DNA of 63,508 nucleotides, filler included. It is 6 parts of 6 records of this genome, joined end to end, with 100 filler letters (N's around TTAATTAATTAA, not from the genome) between each part and the next. Parts side by side here need not be neighbours in the genome. Positions count along the whole stretch, not along the records: positions 8,499 to 23,197 come from SRR31156797_17647; positions 23,298 to 28,556 come from SRR31156797_17649; 4 more parts are not named here. One strand, written 5' to 3'. The position numbers were made by a program, and so were the translations under genes. The notes beneath the pieces were generated by a model, which saw only the letters and a program-made list of their open reading frames with translations, was not told where the DNA came from and made no database searches. The stretch's first letter is position 1. The number at the start of each line of letters is the position of its first letter. Shown piece by piece: positions 20,138-28,656 of the stretch.

Positions 20138-20165
20138 TACGCTTTGCGCTATTTACTCTGCGCTA
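20138..20165 (-). repeat. Degenerate heptamer array (TAGCGCA), inverted relative to the miaA copy
   Basis: Minus strand TAGCGCA-GAGTAAA-TAGCGCA-AAGCGTA; contains the stop codon of the PLP lyase gene. Confidence 0.5.
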
Positions 20166-21368
20166 CGCCTTCACTAATCCAGTTTCTTTCAGGCACTTGA
20201 ACATAATATCGAAAGTTCGTTCAATTTCGCTGTCGAGCCCAACAGAGAAACGGATCAGGCCTTCCTGAAGTCCCATCTCTTTTTGTTTTTCTTCAGGTAC
20301 TTCTGAAGATGTGCTTTTTCCTGAATTGCTGAATAGTGTTTTAAAATATCCAAGGCTTACAGCGAGGTAACCAACGCCTTCATTTTCCATCATTTCCATG
20401 ACTTCAGCGGCCTTTTCAGCAGTACCAGCATCAAACGAAATCATACCACCAAATCCAAATTTTTCATTCATCATGCTTTTTAACAGTTGATGCTGAGGGT
20501 GTGAGGGTAATCCCGGATAATTGACTTCGATTCCTGCTTCTTCAAGTTTACCGGCAAGGTAGGCTGCATTTTTGCTGTGCTGCATCATACGAATGTGCAG
20601 GGTATGCAGGTTTTTCAATATGGATGAAGAACGGTATGGGTCAAGTACGGGCCCCAACAGCATGGCCGTACCATCGTTTACATCAATGAGTGAAGCTATG
20701 TATTCAGCCGATCCGCATATTGCTCCGGCAACACAATCGTTTTTCCCGTTTACAAACTTTGTAAGGCTGTACACCACAATGTCAGCGCCAAGTTGTGACG
20801 GAGTAACCATCATGGGTGTAAAGGTATTGTCAACCATGAGCTTAGCCTCATGCTTGTGGGCTATTTTTGCCAATGCAGGTATATCAGAAATCTGAAGCAT
20901 TGGGTTGGTCATGGTTTCGGTGTAGATAATTTTTGTGTTTGGCCTGATGGCGGATTCAACAGCCTTGAGGTCGGTGATATCAAGGAAAGTTACCTCGATG
21001 TTGAATTTTTTTACGTAGTTGTGTAAAAATGCAAAAGTGCCTCCGTAGGTAGTCCGGCTGGTAATAATATGATCGCCGGCATTACATAACTGAAGAATTG
21101 CTGAAGTTATGGCACCCATTCCTGATGCAGTAACCCATGCGGCCTCAGTGCCCTCCATGGCTGCCATGGCATCGGCCAGATATTTATTGCTTGGGTTCCA
21201 ATGGCGTGAATACAAAAAGCACCCTTCGGCTTCACCATGAAAGGTGTCGAGCATGGTTTTTGCCTGCATAAACGTAAAAGTTGCCGAATCGGTTACGGAT
21301 GGGTTCACATCCCCGTATTCGCCAAATTGCAATAGGTCCTGGATTTTACTTGCCGGATCGAATTTCAT
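20163..21368 (-). CDS. PLP-dependent Cys/Met metabolism lyase (methionine gamma-lyase-like)
   Basis: YSRHWNP, ASGMGAI, YGGT, DNTF, SLTKFVNG (PLP Lys), AVSLG, LIRFSVG. Start moved to ATG 21368. Confidence 0.9.
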   Translation of the reverse strand: MKFDPASKIQDLLQFGEYGDVNPSVTDSATFTFMQAKTMLDTFHGEAEGCFLYSRHWNPSNKYLADAMAAMEGTEAAWVTASGMGAITSAILQLCNAGDHIITSRTTYGGTFAFLHNYVKKFNIEVTFLDITDLKAVESAIRPNTKIIYTETMTNPMLQISDIPALAKIAHKHEAKLMVDNTFTPMMVTPSQLGADIVVYSLTKFVNGKNDCVAGAICGSAEYIASLIDVNDGTAMLLGPVLDPYRSSSILKNLHTLHIRMMQHSKNAAYLAGKLEEAGIEVNYPGLPSHPQHQLLKSMMNEKFGFGGMISFDAGTAEKAAEVMEMMENEGVGYLAVSLGYFKTLFSNSGKSTSSEVPEEKQKEMGLQEGLIRFSVGLDSEIERTFDIMFKCLKETGLVKA

Positions 21369-21409
21369 AATCTTTATGTTTTGTGTGTTCACAAATATTG
21401 ATTCGGAAG

Positions 21410-21417
21410 CAAAAATA
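21410..21417 (-). promoter_or_regulatory. Bacteroidota -7 promoter element
   Basis: TATTTTTG on the minus strand upstream of the lyase gene. Confidence 0.5.
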
Positions 21418-21557
21418 GGTAATTGAGAATTTATATTTAGTGATAAGGGGGAAAATATACAAATATGAAAGCTGAAACCTGTAAATATTTAAAAAATGTT
21501 ATTTTTGATTTTAATTTTCCAGTTGCAAATTTCAAACTGTAAGAAAGCTTTCACAAT

Positions 21558-22031
21558 ATGCCCATTCAACCTTTTCACCTCGACAGCCTCGACAAAAGAA
21601 TACTAACACTGCTTAGCAAAGATGCGCGAATGCCGTACCTGGAAGTTGCCCGCAATTGCAATGTTTCCGGGGCTGCCATTCATCAGCGCATCCAAAAGAT
21701 GCAGGAAGCCGGCATAATAACGGGTTCACAGGTTAATGTTTCCACAAAAGGTATGGGGTATTTAACTTGTGCGTTTATTGGATTGCAGGTGAACCTCCTG
21801 GCCAACAGCACCCACAATGAAGTTTTTGAAAAGATCAGCATGATCCCGGAGATCGTGGAATGTCATCATATTACAGGAAAATATTCTTTATTGCTTAAAA
21901 TGCTCACCCGTAATAACGAGCACCTCAAAAAGATTATCGTTGAAAAGATCCAGTCCATCCCCGAAATCGTGGCCACCGAAACTTTCATTTCCCTGGAAGA
22001 AGGCTTTGTAAGGCAACTGCCGGTGGAGTAG
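21558..22031 (+). CDS. Lrp/AsnC family transcriptional regulator
   Basis: LDSLDKRIL...DARMPYLEVAR...AIHQRIQKM HTH; ECHHITGKY RAM domain; divergent from the lyase gene. Confidence 0.92.
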   Translation: MPIQPFHLDSLDKRILTLLSKDARMPYLEVARNCNVSGAAIHQRIQKMQEAGIITGSQVNVSTKGMGYLTCAFIGLQVNLLANSTHNEVFEKISMIPEIVECHHITGKYSLLLKMLTRNNEHLKKIIVEKIQSIPEIVATETFISLEEGFVRQLPVE

Positions 22032-22134
22032 TTAATATTCAAGGCTGGAAGATGGAGAGGTATCAGGGCCGGATTGGTGTAACATTTCTCATGAATAAAG
22101 CGGGAAAGATTGGAAGAGCCTGGATGGTCAGTTT

Positions 22135-22911
22135 CTACTGCCTTCGCTGCTTATCCTGTTCCTGTTCTTTCTGTTTTTCACGTGACTGCTCGGCTTTGGC
22201 TTGTTCGTGTTCTTCATCACCCTTTTGATCGTTTTTGCGTTTCTCAAGATTACGCAGCGTGTTTTCCCTGCCATAAAGGATCAGGCGGTCATCTTCGGTG
22301 ATTTCAGTTTTTCCTTCCGGTGATCCTATATAGCTGCCATCCCGGCGCCGGATACCGATCACATTGATGCCTTCTTTTCTGAGGTTCAATTCTTTCAGCG
22401 CTTTGTTTTCAATCCAGTCATTTTTATGCACCTCGAGCACAGTGATCTCATATTCTCCCGTCAGGTTGAGTAATTCCACATAGTCTTTTATATTTAGCCT
22501 GGTGAACTTTTTCAGCCCTTTTTTGATAAGTTTCACCAGTTGCCGCTCCAGCCATGAACTTCGTGAAATAAGCCACAACGCACCAATACTTCCAATAATG
22601 CTGATCACCTTGATGTAATCCGGAAGAAAGTTGTCGTCGGTTTTTACAAAAGTGAGCAGTAATGATGCAATGGCAGAAATGATCCCGACATTTCCCACCA
22701 GCATCAGTGTCATTACAATTCTCCTGCGTAAGGGATGATTTACGATATTTTCAGATTCGTTGGTGGTAAATCCAACACCCGTAAATGCCGACCGTGCCTG
22801 GAAGCGTGCTGCCTGCTTTGAAAGCCCTGTGTGTACAAGGGCTTCGGATGCAATTTTGGTGATTAGCAGCGATAAGGCAAAAATGATAATGAGTGAGATC
22901 AAAGAAATCAT
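22135..22911 (-). CDS. Membrane protein with TrkA C-terminal (RCK_C) domain
   Basis: ARFQARSAFTGVGFTTNESE, RRRIVMTLML, LKELNLRKEGINVIGIRR. Start moved to ATG 22911; a TATTTTTG -7 element lies at 22936-22943. Confidence 0.85.
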   Translation of the reverse strand: MISLISLIIIFALSLLITKIASEALVHTGLSKQAARFQARSAFTGVGFTTNESENIVNHPLRRRIVMTLMLVGNVGIISAIASLLLTFVKTDDNFLPDYIKVISIIGSIGALWLISRSSWLERQLVKLIKKGLKKFTRLNIKDYVELLNLTGEYEITVLEVHKNDWIENKALKELNLRKEGINVIGIRRRDGSYIGSPEGKTEITEDDRLILYGRENTLRNLEKRKNDQKGDEEHEQAKAEQSREKQKEQEQDKQRRQ

Positions 22912-23197
22912 ATGCGCTGTTTTTGTGTTGCTCCACAAAAATATAAAACAGTACGCTAATAATTATTCAAACCTCAGGAACGATCTTCAGAATCCCGGAC
23001 TATTGAAGAAATACTTCGGATATCAAACCTGTTTCTGTATTTATTCTGAGCAGGTAAATTCCTGGTTTTATTTCAGGTAGTTTAACTATTAACCTGAGTT
23101 CGGAATACATCTTGATGATAATCAATGTCTAATTGATTTTTTTATTTAGTGCAAACTTCGTGATTTAGTGCTTTTTGCCCAAGGCATCACTTTGTGA

Positions 23198-23297
23198 NNN
23201 NNNNNNNNNNNNNNNNNNNNNNNNNNNNNNNNNNNNNNNNNTTAATTAATTAANNNNNNNNNNNNNNNNNNNNNNNNNNNNNNNNNNNNNNNNNNNN
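23198..23297. other. Artificial contig spacer
   Basis: N44-TTAATTAATTAA-N44. Confidence 0.98.
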
Positions 23298-23318
23298 GCC
23301 TCATGGCCGATCTTATGA

Positions 23319-23987
23319 TCAAGCCCGGCCTTTTAAATCGGTATTTCCCTTGAAAGCCATATATCCCTTATCGGAAAACCCTGAAACGGTGGCTTCCAGG
23401 CAGGCTGTTTTAACGGGTTTGCCCTCATATAGGACCTGTACTGGAAAACTTTCTCCCACGCCGACAATGGCAGGATTTACCTTGGGAACGATCTCCAATC
23501 GCTGCCCGACAGGTTGGCTTATCAGATTCAAATTCGAGGCACCTTGGACGTTCAGAATCGTTTTTGCACATTTGACGGCTTCCCTGACATGGGTGGCATC
23601 CGGACGCTGGAGACGGTCCTTTTCTTTCCATCCCCCGGGACCTTTGGACCAGAAGCTTGGCTTACAGGAACCAATGACCATATAGGTTCCCTTTTTTATA
23701 TCCAGTTTTTTTTGGTACGCATGGTTTTCTCCATTCTGCTCCATGGGCAACAGGCCGTCAGGGATCACCACCTCAAGAGGCGAGAACAGGTGCAGCCTGT
23801 CTTCGGCTATGGGGTCGCACTGGGGGAATTTATGGCCGTAGCCGATGAGGGCTTTGACGATTCCATCTTTTGGTTCCAACGCACTAACCCAGTATTCATG
23901 GGCATGGGCTCCTGTTATGGCCGGTAACAAAAACAAAGCAATATATAATATTTTAATCAAGCCTGATTTATGTATGAGTTGGGGCAT
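23319..23987 (-). CDS. DUF4198 periplasmic protein (Ni/Co uptake-associated), probably C-terminally truncated
   Basis: AHA|HEYW N-terminus, GYGHKFP, GQRLEIVP..NP, QVLYEGKP, TDLKG; stops immediately after TDxxG. Confidence 0.75.
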   Translation of the reverse strand: MPQLIHKSGLIKILYIALFLLPAITGAHAHEYWVSALEPKDGIVKALIGYGHKFPQCDPIAEDRLHLFSPLEVVIPDGLLPMEQNGENHAYQKKLDIKKGTYMVIGSCKPSFWSKGPGGWKEKDRLQRPDATHVREAVKCAKTILNVQGASNLNLISQPVGQRLEIVPKVNPAIVGVGESFPVQVLYEGKPVKTACLEATVSGFSDKGYMAFKGNTDLKGRA

Positions 23988-24032
23988 CTTTTAATCCTTT
24001 AAATTTAAATTCGTTTCTCTATCTTTGAACGG

Positions 24033-26420
24033 TTAAAATTCATAGCTTATCCATGTGTAAAGGCTTCGTCCCGTACCCGGTTGAAACCCGTTTTCTGAGC
24101 TCCAGACAAATGATATGTAGTCTTTATCAAAAACATTTTTGACCTCAAGCCCGAATGTTGCCCGGTTAAACTTGTAGGCTGCCTTGAAATTGAAAATAGT
24201 GTAATCCCCGAACCGGCGTTCATCATCTTCAACGTTCATGGCATAATAATCCCCTTGGGATTCCATCCAGAAACTGCTTGAAATCCCCGTGGGATGGTCA
24301 AAATTGACTCCCAGCTTAGCCATGTAGTCGGGGATGATTTCAATGTCTTTACCTTTCCGGTCCAGCTTGCCGGGTCCAGGTTCGATATATATGGCTTCAA
24401 CACGGGAATAAGACCCCCACAGTGAAAACCAGGCATGGGGCCGGATGCTGAAACTCAGATCCCACCCATTTCTTTCGGTTTCACCGGCATTGAACAGGTC
24501 TCCGGAACCATCCGCCTTATGACGGACTTCGTTGGTGGCGATCATCTGGTAGACATTGGCACGTGCAGACAGCCAGTCAAAGGGAGACGCCTTGATTCCA
24601 ATGTCCCATCCTTCATTTTGAGATTCCGAAAGATCCCGGGAAGTCAAACTACCATTGTAATTTTGGCCGTACCTGGCCGGAATTCCGGGAAGTTGAAAGG
24701 TCCTACCCCAGTTGGCGTATATGTTATAGCCTTTGAAAGGGGTGATGGTGGTGCCGAATTTAGGCTGCCAGATAAGATCCATGTCAAGTAAATCGGTTTT
24801 AGTGTCTGTGAGTTTGTTTTCAAACTGGCCGTCAAAGCTGTCTACCCTGAGGGCGCCCACAAGCCTGAGCCAGTCATTTACCGTTCCGTCTGCCTGGATA
24901 TAGCTGCCCCAATAGGATATGTCGTTATCGTAATACCTGGTTGCATCTGCCTGCCTGACGCGATCTATACAGGTCCAGCGCTTGGTGATGTTTTCGTTGA
25001 ACTGGTAATCCAGCCCCCAGTCAAATTTAAGCTTTTGGATACCGATATCATTTAATTCGTATGTCAGGGTTGAAATCGCACCGTACTGCCGGTCATGTAC
25101 CAGGTCCTCTGTTTGGCTGCCGGCATCGCTCCATCTTGACCAGCGGTCGCGTTCCATTTCCTGAGCATAGGATTTGAACGTCCAGACCAGGGCGTTTGAA
25201 AACTCATAATCAAAGTGAAAGCTGATATGTTTATTTTGTTTCTCACCACCGTCGGAGCGGGCATAATCAGCCGAACTTGTGGGGTCATTCAGCGCATCCT
25301 CTTCGGGCAGATACCCCGGGGCATCTGCGGTCATGTCAAAAAATCTGGCGATGATGCCTATTGATCCCCTGTCGTCATCTGTGAAATAAAACCATTTGCC
25401 GGACAATGCTCCTTTTTTTAGTTCTGAGTTGTCGCGATAGCCATCGCTTGACCTGAAGCCGGCAAAATAGGTCTGGGAAAAACTACCTTTTTCATGCCCT
25501 GTGATAATGCCTCCATCGTATGTATCGTAACTGCCTGTAAGCAGTTTGACCTTTGTATAGTTGCCCGATTGTTTGGTATGGACGTTCATGCTTCCCGAAA
25601 TGTTATTGAGGCCATATCTCGGATCACTGGTGCCTCGAACCAGATCAATGCGCTCGATTTCAAGAGGGAAGATTGATTGCATATCAACGCCTTTTATGCT
25701 GCTGTAATAGGATGGTATGCCGTCAATGAGCAGTGCAACCGGCGCGGTACTGTTCAGATCATACCCCCGCATGGAGAAGGTGCCTGCAATCACGCCTTGA
25801 TTATACTCTCCGGAGTATATCCCCGGAAATTTTTTCATCAGTTCCATGCTGAAATTAACATTTTCATTTTCCAGCTGATCAGCGCCCATAACATCCACCG
25901 AGGAAGGAATATCAGCCGCTTCAACATGATTGGACTTAGCAGTTACAACAACTTCCCCGATTTTCATATATACTTTGCTGCGCTCGGCTTCTGTTTCTGT
26001 TCCCGATTGAATGGTTTTACTTTTTGCCCCTGTCCCCTCCGGGGCGTTGTCCGGGCCCAGGACCACGGTGTTCCCGGAAAGAAAGCGGTAGTGGACACCG
26101 GTCTCCTCCAAAACTTTTTTCAAGGCTTGCTCCGGAGTAAACCTGCCCTTAAGTCCTTGGCTGTTGCGATCCGCCACAAGGCCGGGATCAAAGGAAAGGG
26201 TTATTTTAGCCTGGATGGCCAGGGTATTGAGACACTCGCCAAGGCTGCCGGCCGGAATATCAAAGGATACGGCACCCCCCGGGGGCTGATTCTGGGTTTG
26301 GGCCACAGCGGACAAGGGCAGGCAGAGGGTAAGGGCCACGAGGATCAAGAGGGCCAAGGCCGCGGGCCCCCGGCAGGGGAAGGGGGGCAATGCAAGGCTC
26401 AGGTTCCGGTCACAACGCAT
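24033..26420 (-). CDS. TonB-dependent outer-membrane receptor with N-terminal STN signalling domain
   Basis: FDIPAGSLGECL...LKGRFTPEQALKKVL (STN), EVVVTA (TonB box), IERIDLVRG plug, NVFDKDY, C-terminal YEF. AGGAG RBS precedes ATG 26420. Confidence 0.92.
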   Translation of the reverse strand: MRCDRNLSLALPPFPCRGPAALALLILVALTLCLPLSAVAQTQNQPPGGAVSFDIPAGSLGECLNTLAIQAKITLSFDPGLVADRNSQGLKGRFTPEQALKKVLEETGVHYRFLSGNTVVLGPDNAPEGTGAKSKTIQSGTETEAERSKVYMKIGEVVVTAKSNHVEAADIPSSVDVMGADQLENENVNFSMELMKKFPGIYSGEYNQGVIAGTFSMRGYDLNSTAPVALLIDGIPSYYSSIKGVDMQSIFPLEIERIDLVRGTSDPRYGLNNISGSMNVHTKQSGNYTKVKLLTGSYDTYDGGIITGHEKGSFSQTYFAGFRSSDGYRDNSELKKGALSGKWFYFTDDDRGSIGIIARFFDMTADAPGYLPEEDALNDPTSSADYARSDGGEKQNKHISFHFDYEFSNALVWTFKSYAQEMERDRWSRWSDAGSQTEDLVHDRQYGAISTLTYELNDIGIQKLKFDWGLDYQFNENITKRWTCIDRVRQADATRYYDNDISYWGSYIQADGTVNDWLRLVGALRVDSFDGQFENKLTDTKTDLLDMDLIWQPKFGTTITPFKGYNIYANWGRTFQLPGIPARYGQNYNGSLTSRDLSESQNEGWDIGIKASPFDWLSARANVYQMIATNEVRHKADGSGDLFNAGETERNGWDLSFSIRPHAWFSLWGSYSRVEAIYIEPGPGKLDRKGKDIEIIPDYMAKLGVNFDHPTGISSSFWMESQGDYYAMNVEDDERRFGDYTIFNFKAAYKFNRATFGLEVKNVFDKDYISFVWSSENGFQPGTGRSLYTWISYEF

Positions 26421-26482
26421 CAAGGGTTCTCCTTTTCTATAGAGGTTATTTACCCATGGACCGGATGAGGGCGACAAAACCC

Positions 26483-27502
26483 TCAATTATTTTTTTTTCG
26501 GATCCGATATCCAGACTTGCCTTCCCTTTCCACAGTCACATCCAGGGTCTGGGATAAAACCGAAAGAACCTGCACAGGATCATTCTCCGTTTTGAGTTGG
26601 AACACCCCTGAAATGAATAGATCTGCGACCTCCGGGTCGCAGTGGATGGGATTTTTGTGATACCTGGATAGTTCCCGTGCAAACCGGGACAGGGACATGT
26701 TTTTTACCACCAGGGTGCCTTTAATCCATGCCCCCGGAGCCAAGACTGCACTGTGTTGGGCCTTAGGGTCTTGGTCCGGCCCAGAACCGACCAAAAAAAT
26801 CTGACCGGCCAGCACCGGCACGATTCTTTCTGGCTTTGCCAGGGGATGGATATTAACCTGGCCCTGAGCGACATAAACCTGGGTGCCCTCTTGGGAGCTT
26901 CGCAGGTTGAACCGAGTGCCCACAGCCTCAAAGCGGCCATCGGGCGAGGATACCCAGAAAGGCCTTTTACCGCCCTGCCCCTCTGAATCCATCCCAGTTT
27001 CTACAAAAATTTCTCCAGAGGTGAGCCGGATTTCCCGCACATCCCGGGAAAAATGAATGCTAATTTGAGAGGCAGTATTTAAAAAAATGCGGCTCTCGTC
27101 AGGTAGAGAGATGATCCGACGTTGTCCTTTGGCCGTGACATGGGGCTGATGGATCTGGCTTTTCGGGCGAAAAAACGGCGACTGCCGGAGCCCATAGCCA
27201 AGTCCCAGACAGAGGGTATCCAGGACAAGGGCTTTCACTACCCGGCGTCTGGCCTTGAGGCGGTTCATCTGTTCCGGGGTCTCTTCCAAGGTGCTGCGGG
27301 CAAAACCGGTCAGGTCCTGGGGGATCTGTTCAAATTCACGGTCAATACTCCCCAGAGCCTGCCAGGCGGCTTCGTGGCGGCTGTCTTTCATACGCCAGGC
27401 CATGCAGGCTTCCCAGTCCCGGCCACCGCCCTGCCCCGACTCCAGCTTCACCGCCCAATCAACGGCCTGATTCAGGATATGGTCTGGCAGCCTCTCAGTC
27501 AT
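26483..27502 (-). CDS. fecR: FecR-family anti-sigma / transmembrane sensor
   Basis: QAVDW...AW...HEAAWQ (DUF4880), LPDESRIFLNTAS, AVGTRFNLR, AWIKGTL, ISGVFQL. Start moved to ATG 27502, overlapping fecI. Confidence 0.9.
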   Translation of the reverse strand: MTERLPDHILNQAVDWAVKLESGQGGGRDWEACMAWRMKDSRHEAAWQALGSIDREFEQIPQDLTGFARSTLEETPEQMNRLKARRRVVKALVLDTLCLGLGYGLRQSPFFRPKSQIHQPHVTAKGQRRIISLPDESRIFLNTASQISIHFSRDVREIRLTSGEIFVETGMDSEGQGGKRPFWVSSPDGRFEAVGTRFNLRSSQEGTQVYVAQGQVNIHPLAKPERIVPVLAGQIFLVGSGPDQDPKAQHSAVLAPGAWIKGTLVVKNMSLSRFARELSRYHKNPIHCDPEVADLFISGVFQLKTENDPVQVLSVLSQTLDVTVEREGKSGYRIRKKNN

Positions 27503-27998
27503 GGGACACCCTGAGGCAATGACGCATGGCAGCAGCCATATATTTTTCAACGGAGCTTGTGCTGACCTGAAGCCGCTCGGCAATCTGAACATAGGTCAGC
27601 CCTTCCAGCCGGGAAAGTAGGAATGCGGTCCGGGCCTTTGGATTCAGCCCATCCAGAGATCTATCGATCCGACCCAGGGTTTCCAGAAACAGAGCACGGG
27701 TTTCAGGAGAAATCTCCACAGGGCTTTCCATGGCCTCCAGCCGCTCATAATAGGCGGCTTCCACTGCCCTTCGCCGGAACAGGTCGATCATCATCCCCCT
27801 GGCGATAACAGAGAGCCATTTTTTAGGGGTCTTCATATTATCAAGCTTGCCCGGCCTGGTCAGCAGTCTTAAAAATGTATCCTGAGCCAAATCCGAGGCA
27901 TCATATCGGCAGCCCAGCCGCCGGTACAACCACCTGACCAGCCAATTTTTGTGGGAAAGATAGAGGGTTTCAACCCGGAGGAAAGAATCATGGTTCAC
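27495..27998 (-). CDS. fecI: FecI-like ECF sigma factor
   Basis: WLVRWLYRRLGCRYDASDLAQDTFLRL, AFLLSRLEGLTYVQIAERLQVSTSSVEKY. Confidence 0.92.
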   Translation of the reverse strand: MNHDSFLRVETLYLSHKNWLVRWLYRRLGCRYDASDLAQDTFLRLLTRPGKLDNMKTPKKWLSVIARGMMIDLFRRRAVEAAYYERLEAMESPVEISPETRALFLETLGRIDRSLDGLNPKARTAFLLSRLEGLTYVQIAERLQVSTSSVEKYMAAAMRHCLRVSHD

Positions 27999-28328
27999 AG
28001 TATAACGTTTTTCCCGGACTTACAGACAAACAGAGGATTTCACCATGTCTATTTTGCCGGACCCTTTCTTTTTCTATTCAATTTTTTGCAACAACAACTC
28101 ACAATATTATACACGCCAAACAAAAAGTTTGAATTAAACCATTTATCTTCTCTTGTCAAGCCGTTACAAGATCCTTAAATCATAACCGGTTGTTTTCAAC
28201 TATAATCCGTATGAACCATTCAAAATTTAATATCAAGCTGTTAGCAGGATACATACAACGCCCTATCTGTTTTAACGACAAGGTCAAGGCGGTTGACTTT
28301 CAAAGTGCTTGCAGGTATTAGGAAGAGC

Positions 28329-28556
28329 ATGGATATTGAAAAAATAATCAGCCGGGAAACCGGCCTGAAAGAAAACCAGGTTGCAGAAGTTCTGGGTCTA
28401 CTGGACCAAGGAGCCACAATACCTTTTATAGCAAGATACCGAAAAGAGCGCACAGGCAGCCTGGATGAGGTAGCCATATCCGACATCCGGGACAGGGCAA
28501 AGGCCTTAAAAGAACTGCAAGCCAGAAAACAGGCCATTATCAAATCTTTGGAGGAA
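28329..28556 (+). CDS. tex: Tex RNA-binding transcription accessory protein (N-terminus only)
   Basis: LLDQGATIPFIARYRKERTGSLDEV...RKQAIIKSLEE. Confidence 0.9.
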
Positions 28557-28656
28557 NNNNNNNNNNNNNNNNNNNNNNNNNNNNNNNNNNNNNNNNNNNN
28601 TTAATTAATTAANNNNNNNNNNNNNNNNNNNNNNNNNNNNNNNNNNNNNNNNNNNN
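28557..28656. other. Artificial contig spacer
   Basis: N44-TTAATTAATTAA-N44. Confidence 0.98.

Noticed and set aside
28000-28290. Fur box upstream of fecI
   Set aside because: Only weak AT-rich partial matches; no convincing 19-bp palindrome.
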